A stretch of DNA of 60,788 nt, taken from positions 1 through 60,788 of the forward strand of contig CAMNJU010000001.1 of assembly GCA_946541595.1 (NCBI GenBank), in the 5' to 3' direction. The stretch comes from an uncultured Planctomycetales bacterium (GTDB lineage: Bacteria > Planctomycetota > Planctomycetia > Pirellulales > Thermoguttaceae). The position numbers were made by a program, and so were the translations under genes. Below are positions 9,898 to 19,700 of the stretch, one piece after another; within the stretch, counting starts at the first letter, position 1, and each line of letters begins with the position of its first letter. Below the pieces are notes generated by a model. The model made no database searches. It was not told the DNA's origin and worked only from the letters and a program-made list of their open reading frames with translations.

Positions 9898-11376
9898 ATG
9901 ACGCCCACTTCACTTGCTGCCCAAAAACAAACTCTCAACAAAGCGACGGCACGACTTCTTATTCTGTATTGTTTTGTTTTTCTGAATGCCTCGCAACTCC
10001 ATGCCAAGATATCGCTCCCCCACGTTTTCGGAGACAATATGATTCTTCAATGTTCAGCTAAAATCCCAATTTGGGGTACGGGAGCCCCGGGAGAAGAGGT
10101 TACGGTTGAGATCAATGGTCAAACTCAAACTACGATTGTCGACTCTTCTGGGAAATGGCGTTTGGATATTCCCCCGCAAGAGGCGGGCGGTCCATTTGAA
10201 CTCGAAATTTCGGGTACTAATAAACTAGTTTACAAGGATGTGTACTTCGGAGAAGTCTGGATATGCGCGGGCCAATCTAACATGAGTTTTCCTTTAAAGA
10301 GAGCCAAAGACGCGAAAAGTACAATCGAAAGCGCTCGTTTCTCTCGAATACGCTTTCTAACGGTTCCAGCTCAAAGCTCCGAGGATCCTTTGACCGACTT
10401 TGACGGACAGTGGCAGATTTGTTCCCCTGAAAATGTGGGTGAGCTTTCAGCAGTCGCCTATTTCTTCGGTCGCAATATTCACGAATCTCTCAAAAAACCT
10501 GTCGGACTCATAGTCCTTGCATGGGGCGGTTCCACTTGTGAAGCGTGGATTGATCGTTCTACCCTTGCTAAGTTTCCGGAGTTAAAACCGTTGACCGAAT
10601 CGGATAGACTTGCTCAAACAATAGAGTCTCAGAAAGCTGGTTTTTTACATGACGGTATGTTGCGTCCGATATGTCCGTTCGCAATAAAGGGCGTTATTTG
10701 GTATCAGGGCGAATCTAACGCAAGTCGAGCATGGCAATATCGCACACTATTCCCGCTCCTAATTGCCAACTGGCGCGAAAATTGGGAGCAGGGAGACTTT
10801 CCCTTTTATTACGTGCAACTTCCTAACTTCATGAAAACAAAAGACAAACCTAGCGCGAGCGCTTGGGCAGAACTGCGAGAGGCTCAACACAAAACCCTAT
10901 CTATAAGGAACGTAGGCGAGATTGTCGCCATCGACCTTGGCGAAGCTAATAATCTCCACCCCAAAGATAAAGAACCGATTGGAGACCGACTGGCTCGTCT
11001 CGCGCTCGCTAAAACCTACCGAAAAGACCTTCCCTATTCCGGACCTCAGTTTGAGTCAATGAAAATAGTAGACAACAAAGCGGTTTTAACGTTTACTCAC
11101 ACAGATAAAGGATTGTGCGTCTCTTCCAAGAGCGACGGTCCAACGCAAGAGCTCACAGGGTTTGCGATTGCTGGTAAGGACCAAAAGTTTTACTGGGCAA
11201 ACGCCTCGATTGAAAACAATCAAGTCGTCGTTTCGGCTCCCGAAGTCCCGGCGCCAGTCGCGGTCCGTTACGCTTGGGCCGACAATCCAAATTGCAATCT
11301 CGCCAACGGCGTAGGGTTGCCCGCGAGTCCTTTTCGAACTGACGACTGGGTTGGCGTTACTGTTGACGCGTTTTAA
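9898..11376 (+). CDS. Sialate O-acetylesterase-like (SASA/DUF303) carbohydrate esterase, secreted
   Basis: Motif VWICAGQSNM, a later WYQGESN motif and an N-terminal hydrophobic signal. GAGG lies 7 nt upstream of the ATG. Confidence 0.8.
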   Translation: MTPTSLAAQKQTLNKATARLLILYCFVFLNASQLHAKISLPHVFGDNMILQCSAKIPIWGTGAPGEEVTVEINGQTQTTIVDSSGKWRLDIPPQEAGGPFELEISGTNKLVYKDVYFGEVWICAGQSNMSFPLKRAKDAKSTIESARFSRIRFLTVPAQSSEDPLTDFDGQWQICSPENVGELSAVAYFFGRNIHESLKKPVGLIVLAWGGSTCEAWIDRSTLAKFPELKPLTESDRLAQTIESQKAGFLHDGMLRPICPFAIKGVIWYQGESNASRAWQYRTLFPLLIANWRENWEQGDFPFYYVQLPNFMKTKDKPSASAWAELREAQHKTLSIRNVGEIVAIDLGEANNLHPKDKEPIGDRLARLALAKTYRKDLPYSGPQFESMKIVDNKAVLTFTHTDKGLCVSSKSDGPTQELTGFAIAGKDQKFYWANASIENNQVVVSAPEVPAPVAVRYAWADNPNCNLANGVGLPASPFRTDDWVGVTVDAF

Positions 11377-11440
11377 TTATTTGAGATAATCACGGAAACG
11401 GAACGTTAATAACTGTCCATTCCTATTTCAGAATCCAACT

Positions 11441-12727
11441 ATGTCGATTGAATCCCGCGGTTCGTTTTTCCATTTCGCAGCTAAGTTCGTTCTGTGCGGA
11501 CTTAGTTTGACGATCGCTTTTCTTTTTCCTATTGGGTCAGGCGACGTTTCTACCGATTCCGAGCAAGTCTCCTCACTAAACGCGTCTAACGTTCTTTTGG
11601 CGAGTCAACCGTCAAAGAATAGCTTTAAACAAAACGGAATGAATTTTTTAGCGCCTGTCTCAATGGAACTTGCCGGCGTTGAATTGCTTCCCTTTTTGGA
11701 ACGCTATTCTCAACTGTACGAGTTTCCGTTTTTCATTGATCGACGTGTCGATCCTTCGATTCTTCTTTTTGGTTCATTTACAGACGTTACGCTAATTACC
11801 GCTTTGGACCAAATGTTTGCCGAAGTCGATCTGAGTTACTGTATTGTTGACAACGTATTCCTGTACGTAGGTCCAAAAGAAGCCGCCGGTGAAGCTTTGC
11901 TTCTCTTTAATATTAAACGGGAAGAGATTGTCGAAAGTTTTCCACGTCAAATTGGCGAGAAATTAAACGCTAGAATTAGTTTTGAATTCAAGCAATATGA
12001 GGAACCGCGGAATTCTTTTTCCTCCCTTGCTAAACGCGCGCGCCTTAAATTTAGCGGTTTTGACAAAACGCCCTTTGACCGTTGGCGAGGCGCTTCGTTC
12101 GACGACGTAGTGGTCGCTGATCTGCTCACAATTATGGGGCTTGGTTTTAACGTAGATTATCGTTACGACGCCGCCACGGGGACAATTAAACCGACAGCTT
12201 TAAATCGTGAACAAAAAGCTGTCCGTTACTATGAGCGCGTCTACGGATTGCAAATTGACAAAGAAAAATACAAGAATTGTTCCTTTGTCGAAACGACGTT
12301 TAACGGCGAGCCCGCGATCAGAGTCGCTGGGATTTTTAGAGAACTCGCGTCCGTAGAATATGAATATGCTCTTATTCGCAGTAAGGCGTGGAGCGAACTT
12401 GCGCGGCAGGCGCAGGATCCTAATATGACGTCTAAAACGCCCCGTTCGAAAAGGGTCAAGGATTCGCCTGAAAAGTCGTCGCATATTGAAGTTTCAGGCG
12501 CCATTACGAATAAGACGCTGCGTGATCTGTTCTCTTATTTGAAAAAGAACTCAAAAATAACTTGCGAACTTGATCCTTCGTTTGAAACAAAGGGAATCAC
12601 CTTAGATACGCGTATTACGTGCGAATTTAACCAATCCGACGTTAAAGAGATCGCCTCAATTATCTCCGTTCAAATCGGAGCTGTCGCCAAGGTTGAAGGG
12701 GCAAGGATAACCTTTTCCCCTAAATAA
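11441..12727 (+). CDS. Hypothetical membrane-anchored or secreted protein
   Basis: 428-aa ORF with an ATG start and an N-terminal hydrophobic segment FAAKFVLCGLSLTIAFLFPIG. No catalytic motif recognised. Confidence 0.6.
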   Translation: MSIESRGSFFHFAAKFVLCGLSLTIAFLFPIGSGDVSTDSEQVSSLNASNVLLASQPSKNSFKQNGMNFLAPVSMELAGVELLPFLERYSQLYEFPFFIDRRVDPSILLFGSFTDVTLITALDQMFAEVDLSYCIVDNVFLYVGPKEAAGEALLLFNIKREEIVESFPRQIGEKLNARISFEFKQYEEPRNSFSSLAKRARLKFSGFDKTPFDRWRGASFDDVVVADLLTIMGLGFNVDYRYDAATGTIKPTALNREQKAVRYYERVYGLQIDKEKYKNCSFVETTFNGEPAIRVAGIFRELASVEYEYALIRSKAWSELARQAQDPNMTSKTPRSKRVKDSPEKSSHIEVSGAITNKTLRDLFSYLKKNSKITCELDPSFETKGITLDTRITCEFNQSDVKEIASIISVQIGAVAKVEGARITFSPK

Positions 12728-12745
12728 CGCCCATATCTTGTTCTC

Positions 12746-12768
12746 AACTGGGGCAAAACGCCCCAGTT
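12746..12768. terminator. Hairpin between convergent genes (putative bidirectional terminator)
   Basis: AACTGGGGC / GCCCCAGTT form a 9-bp perfect stem with a 5-nt loop, located between the stop at 12727 (+) and the stop at 12796 (-). Confidence 0.55.
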
Positions 12769-12795
12769 CTCGCATTTCTACGCCGGAAGATTAAG

Positions 12796-13665
12796 TCACG
12801 TTACAGAACGGTTGTTTTTTCCCGAAACGAATCCTTCCAAGTCTAACGAAACGAAATTAAAACCAACTTTTCTCAATTCAACTACAAGATTGCGGCGCGT
12901 TTCCTGCGAGAGAACGCCGGAAATGCAGGCCTCAGGGATTTCGATTCGTACAGAATTCAACGCGTCAACTCGCGCGCGACACGTTTCAACGTTCAGGATT
13001 TTCTTAATGGCCAGCTCCGCCGCTTCTACTTGCCGCAATATGGCGTTGTCCAGCTTCAAATAGTATCCAATACGCGTCGCTAGACAGGGATTTGAAGGTT
13101 TCTGAGCGACGGAAAGACCCCAATAGGAAGCAAGAGAACGTATCTCAGCCTTCGAAATGTTCAACTCGGCAAACGGACTCCGCACCCCAACTTCACGAGC
13201 GGCGCGAGAGCCTGGACGAAAGTCGTTTTTATCGTCGGCATTCGAACCGTCAATAACGAGAATCTCTTGATTGATTTTTGAACGAAACTCTTCGTTGGCT
13301 ACGGTTTTAATGGCCTCAAAACGTACTTTTTTGCACCAATAGCAACGTAGAGGAGAATTCTCTACAAAGCGTTGATCTTCAAATTCTTTCGATTGAAGGA
13401 CCCTAAGTTCAATTCCAATTTCCTGAGCAATTCTCCGGGCATCTGTGCGCTCAATAGCGGTTGTAGTGTAGCTTTCAGCAAAATAGCCAATAGGCTTCAG
13501 TCTTTTTAACTCTGGATATTGTTCATAAGCATAGGAAAGGGCCTTTGCAAGGGTCGCGCTATCAACGCCCCCTGAAAAAGCGACAACGCATGTCTCGTTC
13601 TTTAGCCACGCGATAAGCGCGTTTAATTTTTCTTCCAGCGCAGATGCAAGTTTAACTTTTTCCAT
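12796..13665 (-). CDS. larE: LarE, PP-loop ATP-dependent sulfur transferase for nickel-pincer cofactor synthesis
   Basis: PP-loop VAFSGGVDSATLA, RCYWCKK, DGSNADDKNDFRPG and KPSNPCLATR (Cys at the position of the LarE sulfur-donor cysteine). The track start at 13677 is a TTG, so ATG 13665 is used. Confidence 0.8.
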   Translation of the reverse strand: MEKVKLASALEEKLNALIAWLKNETCVVAFSGGVDSATLAKALSYAYEQYPELKRLKPIGYFAESYTTTAIERTDARRIAQEIGIELRVLQSKEFEDQRFVENSPLRCYWCKKVRFEAIKTVANEEFRSKINQEILVIDGSNADDKNDFRPGSRAAREVGVRSPFAELNISKAEIRSLASYWGLSVAQKPSNPCLATRIGYYLKLDNAILRQVEAAELAIKKILNVETCRARVDALNSVRIEIPEACISGVLSQETRRNLVVELRKVGFNFVSLDLEGFVSGKNNRSVT

Positions 13666-13859
13666 AACATTCCCCAAAGCAAAACAAAACAGTTTCCTTA
13701 GTGTTTACAACGCAATAGTTTCCACATTGTAACATATTGCAAAAGAAATAACAACATAAACTTTTGAGTACTTATATGAAATACTTTTACTACGGCAGGC
13801 GTCCAATTCAAAACTTCATCGTTTGGACAAATACTTAATTAAAATATACGTAAGTAACG

Positions 13860-14891
13860 CTACGCGAAATAACTAATTATAATCGACGTCAAAAGACAAA
13901 TTGCAAACATGGTTAAAAGGTTGCGCGACAAGTACCATCGGAACATAAACCAACTGATCCCTGCTTTGCAAATTCGGTCCCAACATTCCATTGGACCGTG
14001 CCACCGTTTTCTTTCAACCGGTTTATCAGGATCTCGTAGATAGAGCTTCATGGATAAAAACAGTTCCAAGGCGACGGGAACTGTAACCATAACTAAAAGG
14101 GAAACCGGTGAAAGAGCCTTGAGAATAACGCCGGCAACCACTGAAAGATAGCATGTCGCCAAAAGTAAACCGCAAAAAGCGACTGCGCGGCGCTGATTTC
14201 CCCAAAGCGCTGCAAACGTAAACTTGCCAGCGCGTTTATCAGCCTCAAGATCTAATATGGAATGGACGTACAGAATGTTGGCCACTAGAATTCCCATCGG
14301 AATCGATAAAAAAACTACGCTCGAATCCAACTGTCCGCATAAAGAATAAGAAACTCCGCTCATCAGAACGGGACCAAACAGCGCGCCAACCACCAATTCG
14401 CCCAAGTAATGGTAACTCAGCCGTATAGGGGGAGCCGAATAGAAAAAAGCGAGAAATGCCCCTACTGTAAAACAGACAAGAATTGGAATTCCGCGACAGA
14501 GATATATGACCGTCCCGCAAGCGGTCGCAATGAGACAAAAGAGAATAGCCACGCACAAAAGCTGCTTAGGAGTCGCCATTCCGGCGTCAAGATAGGCGCA
14601 CTTAAGCGAGCGAGCTCTCATACCTCCGTCAACCATTTCCTTACGTTTTTGAACTGAATGTGAGGTATAATCAAAATAATCGTCTAAGAGATTGACGCCG
14701 GAATGAGCCAGAATAACGCCCAATACAGCTAAGCCTCCCAGCACAAAATCCAAGCAGGTTAGTTCATACTCGTCTTTTCCGGCAACTACTGCAAAAGCAA
14801 GAATCGCCGGCAAAAAACTCTGCGCATAGCTCTGATAACGAGCGCATTTAACCCAGAATAACGCTTTGTCTAACGCTTTAGAGAAAGTCAT
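13860..14891 (-). CDS. UbiA-family prenyltransferase (MenA-like)
   Basis: Polytopic membrane protein with an Asp-rich NLLDDYFDY motif and a second DLEADKRAGK motif, typical of UbiA/MenA enzymes. Confidence 0.65.
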   Translation of the reverse strand: MTFSKALDKALFWVKCARYQSYAQSFLPAILAFAVVAGKDEYELTCLDFVLGGLAVLGVILAHSGVNLLDDYFDYTSHSVQKRKEMVDGGMRARSLKCAYLDAGMATPKQLLCVAILFCLIATACGTVIYLCRGIPILVCFTVGAFLAFFYSAPPIRLSYHYLGELVVGALFGPVLMSGVSYSLCGQLDSSVVFLSIPMGILVANILYVHSILDLEADKRAGKFTFAALWGNQRRAVAFCGLLLATCYLSVVAGVILKALSPVSLLVMVTVPVALELFLSMKLYLRDPDKPVERKRWHGPMECWDRICKAGISWFMFRWYLSRNLLTMFAICLLTSIIISYFA

Positions 14892-14982
14892 TTAACCTTT
14901 TTATCCATTGTGCCGTTTCTGAAAAAATATATTCGCTTATAAACGGAAATCGTCCTCGGCAAGTTAAATCTCTTCGGCTATT

Positions 14983-16131
14983 TTAAAGCGTCAAGGTTTC
15001 GAAACCGGCGGGAGTCGCTTGCGCGCCCCACACGCCATAGGGGCTTCCACCAGAAATCACTTCCAACTTCTGAAGATCGCCGCAATCTATAGTCTCTGAG
15101 GTAAAACGAACGGAACCGTCTGTAAAAAGCACGTTCACGCCGCCTGAATGAAAGCTCTGTGCGCCTCCGCAGATTGTTCCCCGATAGGAACATACAGGGG
15201 CGTTCGGCGGAACATTTGCTATAAACAGTGACTGAGCGACGACGCCGTCGTAGAAAAAATTATTACGCGCGTACGGGGTCGTGCTTGACAGTATTCGCGG
15301 ATTGGCGGCGGAGCGCCCTTTATCAACACATTCGCTTGGCTTAATTGAACCGTCGACCCCAAGCGAACTTATTTCTACGACGCCCCCCTTAACACGGTCG
15401 TCGTAAGCTCCTACGGCAACAACGCTTTCAGCGCCTGCTATCGTATTGCTTGTCCCGTCGACACAATCGGCCAATCTCTTTGGTTTTAAAGGTCGAAAGA
15501 GCCCGCGGCCGTCCGTCGATTCAATTTTTCCGGCTGAGTCTGGAATCGCGGCGTCGCCAGCACAAAAAGAAAAATTCAGCCGTGAAGCGACGGGCCAAGT
15601 AGCAGGCTTTCCTTCTCCGTTAGGATCTGAGGGACAAACAAGGGTAGAAATTGCACCGTCGTTCCATGCTTCCCTGCCTTGAATTACGCCGGTAAATCCG
15701 TCGATCCTCCCGTGCCTCATATCGTCCATAAACGCGGTGTAACGCGGTCCCTGCTCAATGTACGGCAAGAGAAAGATTCGCCCACTGTAGTATCCGCCCA
15801 TATAACCAGGAATTCCACAGACCTCGCTGAGGCAACCGGCTGGCAATTCGCCTTGAACGTCATGAATATTATGAAGAGCCAATCCGACCTGTTTGAGGTT
15901 GTTCGAACAGGACATGCGTCTCGCCGCTTCACGGGCTGCCTGAACTGCTGGTAAAAGAAGCCCAATCAAAATTCCGATAATAGCAACGACCACCAAAAGT
16001 TCAACAAGGGTAAAACCTTTTTGTTTGGAAGCCAAATAATCGTCTAAATAACGCTCTGTTTTTTCCAAGAACTTCAGATTCTTGAACTGTCTATATCTTC
16101 TGAACGAAAATAACTTCGTTAAATTGCTCAT
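14983..16131 (-). CDS. DUF1559 / H-X9-DG prepilin-like protein with an N-terminal cleavage/methylation motif
   Basis: KGFTLVELLVVVAIIGILIGLLLPAVQAAREAARRMSCSNNLKQVGLALHN is the hallmark N-terminus. C-terminal ...HSGGVNVLFTDGSVRF.... The ATG at 16131 gives a 38-aa leader, and a TTG at 16035 would give the usual short leader. Confidence 0.85.
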   Translation of the reverse strand: MSNLTKLFSFRRYRQFKNLKFLEKTERYLDDYLASKQKGFTLVELLVVVAIIGILIGLLLPAVQAAREAARRMSCSNNLKQVGLALHNIHDVQGELPAGCLSEVCGIPGYMGGYYSGRIFLLPYIEQGPRYTAFMDDMRHGRIDGFTGVIQGREAWNDGAISTLVCPSDPNGEGKPATWPVASRLNFSFCAGDAAIPDSAGKIESTDGRGLFRPLKPKRLADCVDGTSNTIAGAESVVAVGAYDDRVKGGVVEISSLGVDGSIKPSECVDKGRSAANPRILSSTTPYARNNFFYDGVVAQSLFIANVPPNAPVCSYRGTICGGAQSFHSGGVNVLFTDGSVRFTSETIDCGDLQKLEVISGGSPYGVWGAQATPAGFETLTL

Positions 16132-16315
16132 CACGTCGTTCCTAAATTATCAGCAAAAAAAAGCGAAAACAATGTCCTTAGCTGAGAATCAACCAATGGA
16201 GGACGTCGGAAATTCTAGCCTCAACCGCTCAATCGGTCAAGCGGCGAGACGTAGCAAATTGGCAATGTTCTTTACATTTAGATTCCAAATCCAGCAAGTA
16301 TAAGTACAAGCGCAT

Positions 16316-16365
16316 AAAAGAAAAAGGCCGCATATTGGTCAGAACAAGCGTTGCAAATATGCGGC
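16316..16365 (-). terminator. Rho-independent terminator downstream of rhaM
   Basis: GCCGCATATT (16327-16336) and AATATGCGGC (16356-16365) form a 10-bp stem. On the minus strand it is followed by CCTTTTTCTTTT. Confidence 0.7.
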
Positions 16366-16393
16366 TGAAAAAAACGACGGTCAGCGCTTGCGA

Positions 16394-16699
16394 CTATTCC
16401 AACCAGAAGGCCTCTTCCAACGATTCGGGAATATCGTTTTCACCAAGGTAGATCAGCGGACGCATATAATCCTCCCACCGTCTGCGAACTTCGCTTGCCT
16501 CCAGAGTTTGAATTAACTTATCTGGATCGTCCACTTCGTAGTAAGCAAAGATATCCGTTCCGGAAAGCCAAATCGAATAGTTCCGATACCCAGCCTTGTG
16601 AAGCAATTCCTTCATTTCGGGCCAGATTTCCCGGTGTCTCTTGAGATACTCCTCACGCATTGACGCGTCTTTTAAAATCCAGCGTTGTGCTACTCGCAT
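16394..16699 (-). CDS. rhaM: L-rhamnose mutarotase
   Basis: 101 aa reading MRVAQRWILKDASMREEYLKRHREIWPEMKELLHKAGYRNYSIW...IFAYYEVDD, which matches the RhaM family in size and motifs. GGAG precedes the ATG. Confidence 0.8.
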   Translation of the reverse strand: MRVAQRWILKDASMREEYLKRHREIWPEMKELLHKAGYRNYSIWLSGTDIFAYYEVDDPDKLIQTLEASEVRRRWEDYMRPLIYLGENDIPESLEEAFWLE

Positions 16700-16765
16700 T
16701 ATTTAATCTCCTTCTAATAAGTTATCGGGACTTATCAAACAGTCGGGAATAAACTGAGCAAAAAA

Positions 16766-19700
16766 CTAATCGCGCGTTCTTCGCATCTGGTAGTCGCCCC
16801 ACAGCGGAACGTTCAAATCAATCCAGCATTTGATCGCCTGCTCCTCTTCTGGGGCAAGAGCTGTTTCCTTATGGTTTTCGTCTTTTAATATCTCCCAAAG
16901 TTTGCTTTGGAACGTACCGAAAGAGTACGGAGCTGCTTTCGTCGTCTTTCCGGCGCCCCAAGTGTAATCAAAGTAATGGACGTCGCCGCTCTGAATCAAC
17001 GAACGGTATGACGCAGGAATTTTGTTTTCGTCACGCACGCTTGTCAAGTCTATCTGTTTAGGATTCTCAGACGCGGTTTCAGAAGTGTGACAATCAACGC
17101 ATTTTTTATCCAAAACCGGTTGAACGGTTTTCTCATACCAGAACGGCCCTACGCCCCACGGAGGAGCTGTTAATGTTTGGGAATTTTTTCCAGACGCAAG
17201 AGTAAGTCCTCCTTCTGGCGCGCTCAGTCGACTTTCGTGACAACCGATACAAGATCGGCGTTCGCCCGGCTGAAGTTGTACGACAGAACGCATTCTCTGA
17301 ATCTCGTTATAGTTCTCGTCCAATAATTCGAAGAAGAGTACTTTTCCGGCCGGCACGACAAAATCAACGCTCCCGTCTTTCTCTATTTCAACGGTCCCAA
17401 GCACGCCCTTTGCAACATAGGACGACCAGCCGAAGGCGCCTTGCAACACGTCGACGGGAGAAGCGTAATACTCCATAAAGGGCTCATGATCAGCCTGATA
17501 GGTTCCATCGTCCATCAGAGCCAACGGCGTAGGCATTTCCTGACAGACTCTCAGATACTTAGCCGTGCCTGGTTTTACATGGCCTTCTAGTCCCCTATAT
17601 ACGTTAGCGACGGAAAACCTGCCCATGCCTTGCGACAACAACTCCGGTTCGGGAGGATTGCCTGTAACCGGCGGCGTCTCACGAGGTCCAAAAGGCTGAG
17701 GACAAACCGTATCGATCGCCTTGTCTATTGTCAGAAGTTCCCGATTGCCAAAACGGTCAAGTAGATAAACGCCAAATCGATCCGCCGCGGCATGAGAGAC
17801 TAAAAACACGTCGCGACTAACCGGAACAGGTTCTCTAAAAGTTTCGGTCCGCGCCCAATAACCGGGCCATGGAACTTCAGGGGTTATGGACATAATCGCA
17901 GCAGGATCATGTGGTCCCTTCGACAAATCGATGAGAGCTACAGGACCGTTCAGATCGCCAAAGTGCGAGATCATTACGCAGCAAACGTCTTCTGAATCGG
18001 GAACGCGACGGCCGTTTGCGTAACCTTGAGGCAAATTAATAGTGTTTCCAAAGACCAGCTCTGGCGAAGTTCCGTCTGCGCGAATCGTCCAAAGCGTGTG
18101 TCCGTAATCTGCGCCTTTATCGACGTACTCAGAACGCGTCCAGAGAATACGTCCGTCGTTCGCAACAGAAGGAGCAAACTCCGAAAGATTAGCAAAGGAC
18201 AATGGTTTAATTTCTCCGCCTTCTTTGTTCATGCGATACAGAACAAAAGCCTGCGGTCGCCAACAAATGAACTTCTTCTTACACCGAGTGGAGATAAAGG
18301 CTAAACCTCCGTCCGGCAATTCGGTAGGCCAAAAATCATGAAACGGTCCGTCGGCGCTAATACGACGCGTTTTCCCAGTAGTAAGATCCAATTCATGAAT
18401 ACGGAAATACTCGTTTTGGCTCTCCCTCTTTGCATAATAAATCTTAGTCGCGTCGAAACTTGCAGAAGGATTACGTATAACGCCGTCGCCCGCTCTGACA
18501 ATTTCACGCGTCGTCGCCTTCTCAGGAGCTAAACGGCCGTTTTCTCGGGGAATATCAATTAAGACGACGGCTCCGCCAGGATTCCACGTCGAGTCAAACA
18601 AATCGCTGTAATTATGAGACGGCCAAAACGGATTACGCTTATTAGCGAGAATATGTTCCACTGGCGTTAGATCTTCGTTTGAAAGGAAGAAATCCCGCTT
18701 TAAAAGCCGTACCTTCCAAAATAACTCGCGTTCCGCTAAGTTGAGTTTCTCATTATTCTCGGCGGATAAGGCGTTTTCAGAGCTACGTCGAGAAGTGGAC
18801 AACTCCCGATACTTCTTCCATAAATCACGGAATTCTCTCTTTGTCTTACTGTTAGAATCTGACTCGTCTATTCCCTCCGTTTCAAGCTCGTCGAAGAAGC
18901 GCGACAAATCTTCATGTTCATCGGGCATATGAAGATTCGCGACGACTTTTGCAAGGTCGGCATATCGAGGATTCGCAACGCCAGGAATCGAGGCGCGCTT
19001 CAGAAAATCACGTACGTCGCGTTCTTCGTCTGGATTGGCGTCGGCGCGTTCAAGAGCGTCTTTCAACTGACAAAACGGACGATAGCACGGATCGTACCTG
19101 AATGCATTTAGACGGAAAGTTTGTTCAGTTTTCTCGTCAATAGCTTCCCATTCTACCTCTGGACCAACTTGCCCAAAAACTCCTTTAAGAGTTTTTGAAG
19201 TCGGACTGTCTGGAAGAAGTTGAATTCTTTCAGAATCAGAAATAAGGTTAACGGCGCGTCCGCCGGTAGCGGTTAAAGTTAGACAAAAACTGTCTTCTTC
19301 GTTTAAATCACGAGAAAATGACGCGCTGAAATCGGCGGGCCGAAAATGGATTGGCCGTCCGCCGGGCAGCACGTTATTCCCGCCAATCCCCAGAGCGACA
19401 TAAACGCCCCGCGTGGAATATTCGGGCAAAAAATCAAGAGGCACCATAGCATACAAGACGCCGTCGCTTCCTCTCCATTCCCCCTGAAGTTCAACTTCCA
19501 CGCCAGCTTCACGCCCGTCTATCGCGTCAATCTGAACCCAAACAACCTTATTTTCTCGCACGGCTATAAAACCGCGTACAGGCAAATTCTCAGTAGAAAC
19601 AAGCGCGCGATTCTCAGACAGAAAACGGTTTCCCTCAATCTTCAGACAGAGAAAAGAATCGGTTAACGCCACAGAAACAGTCTGCTCTACGAGCGGTCCC

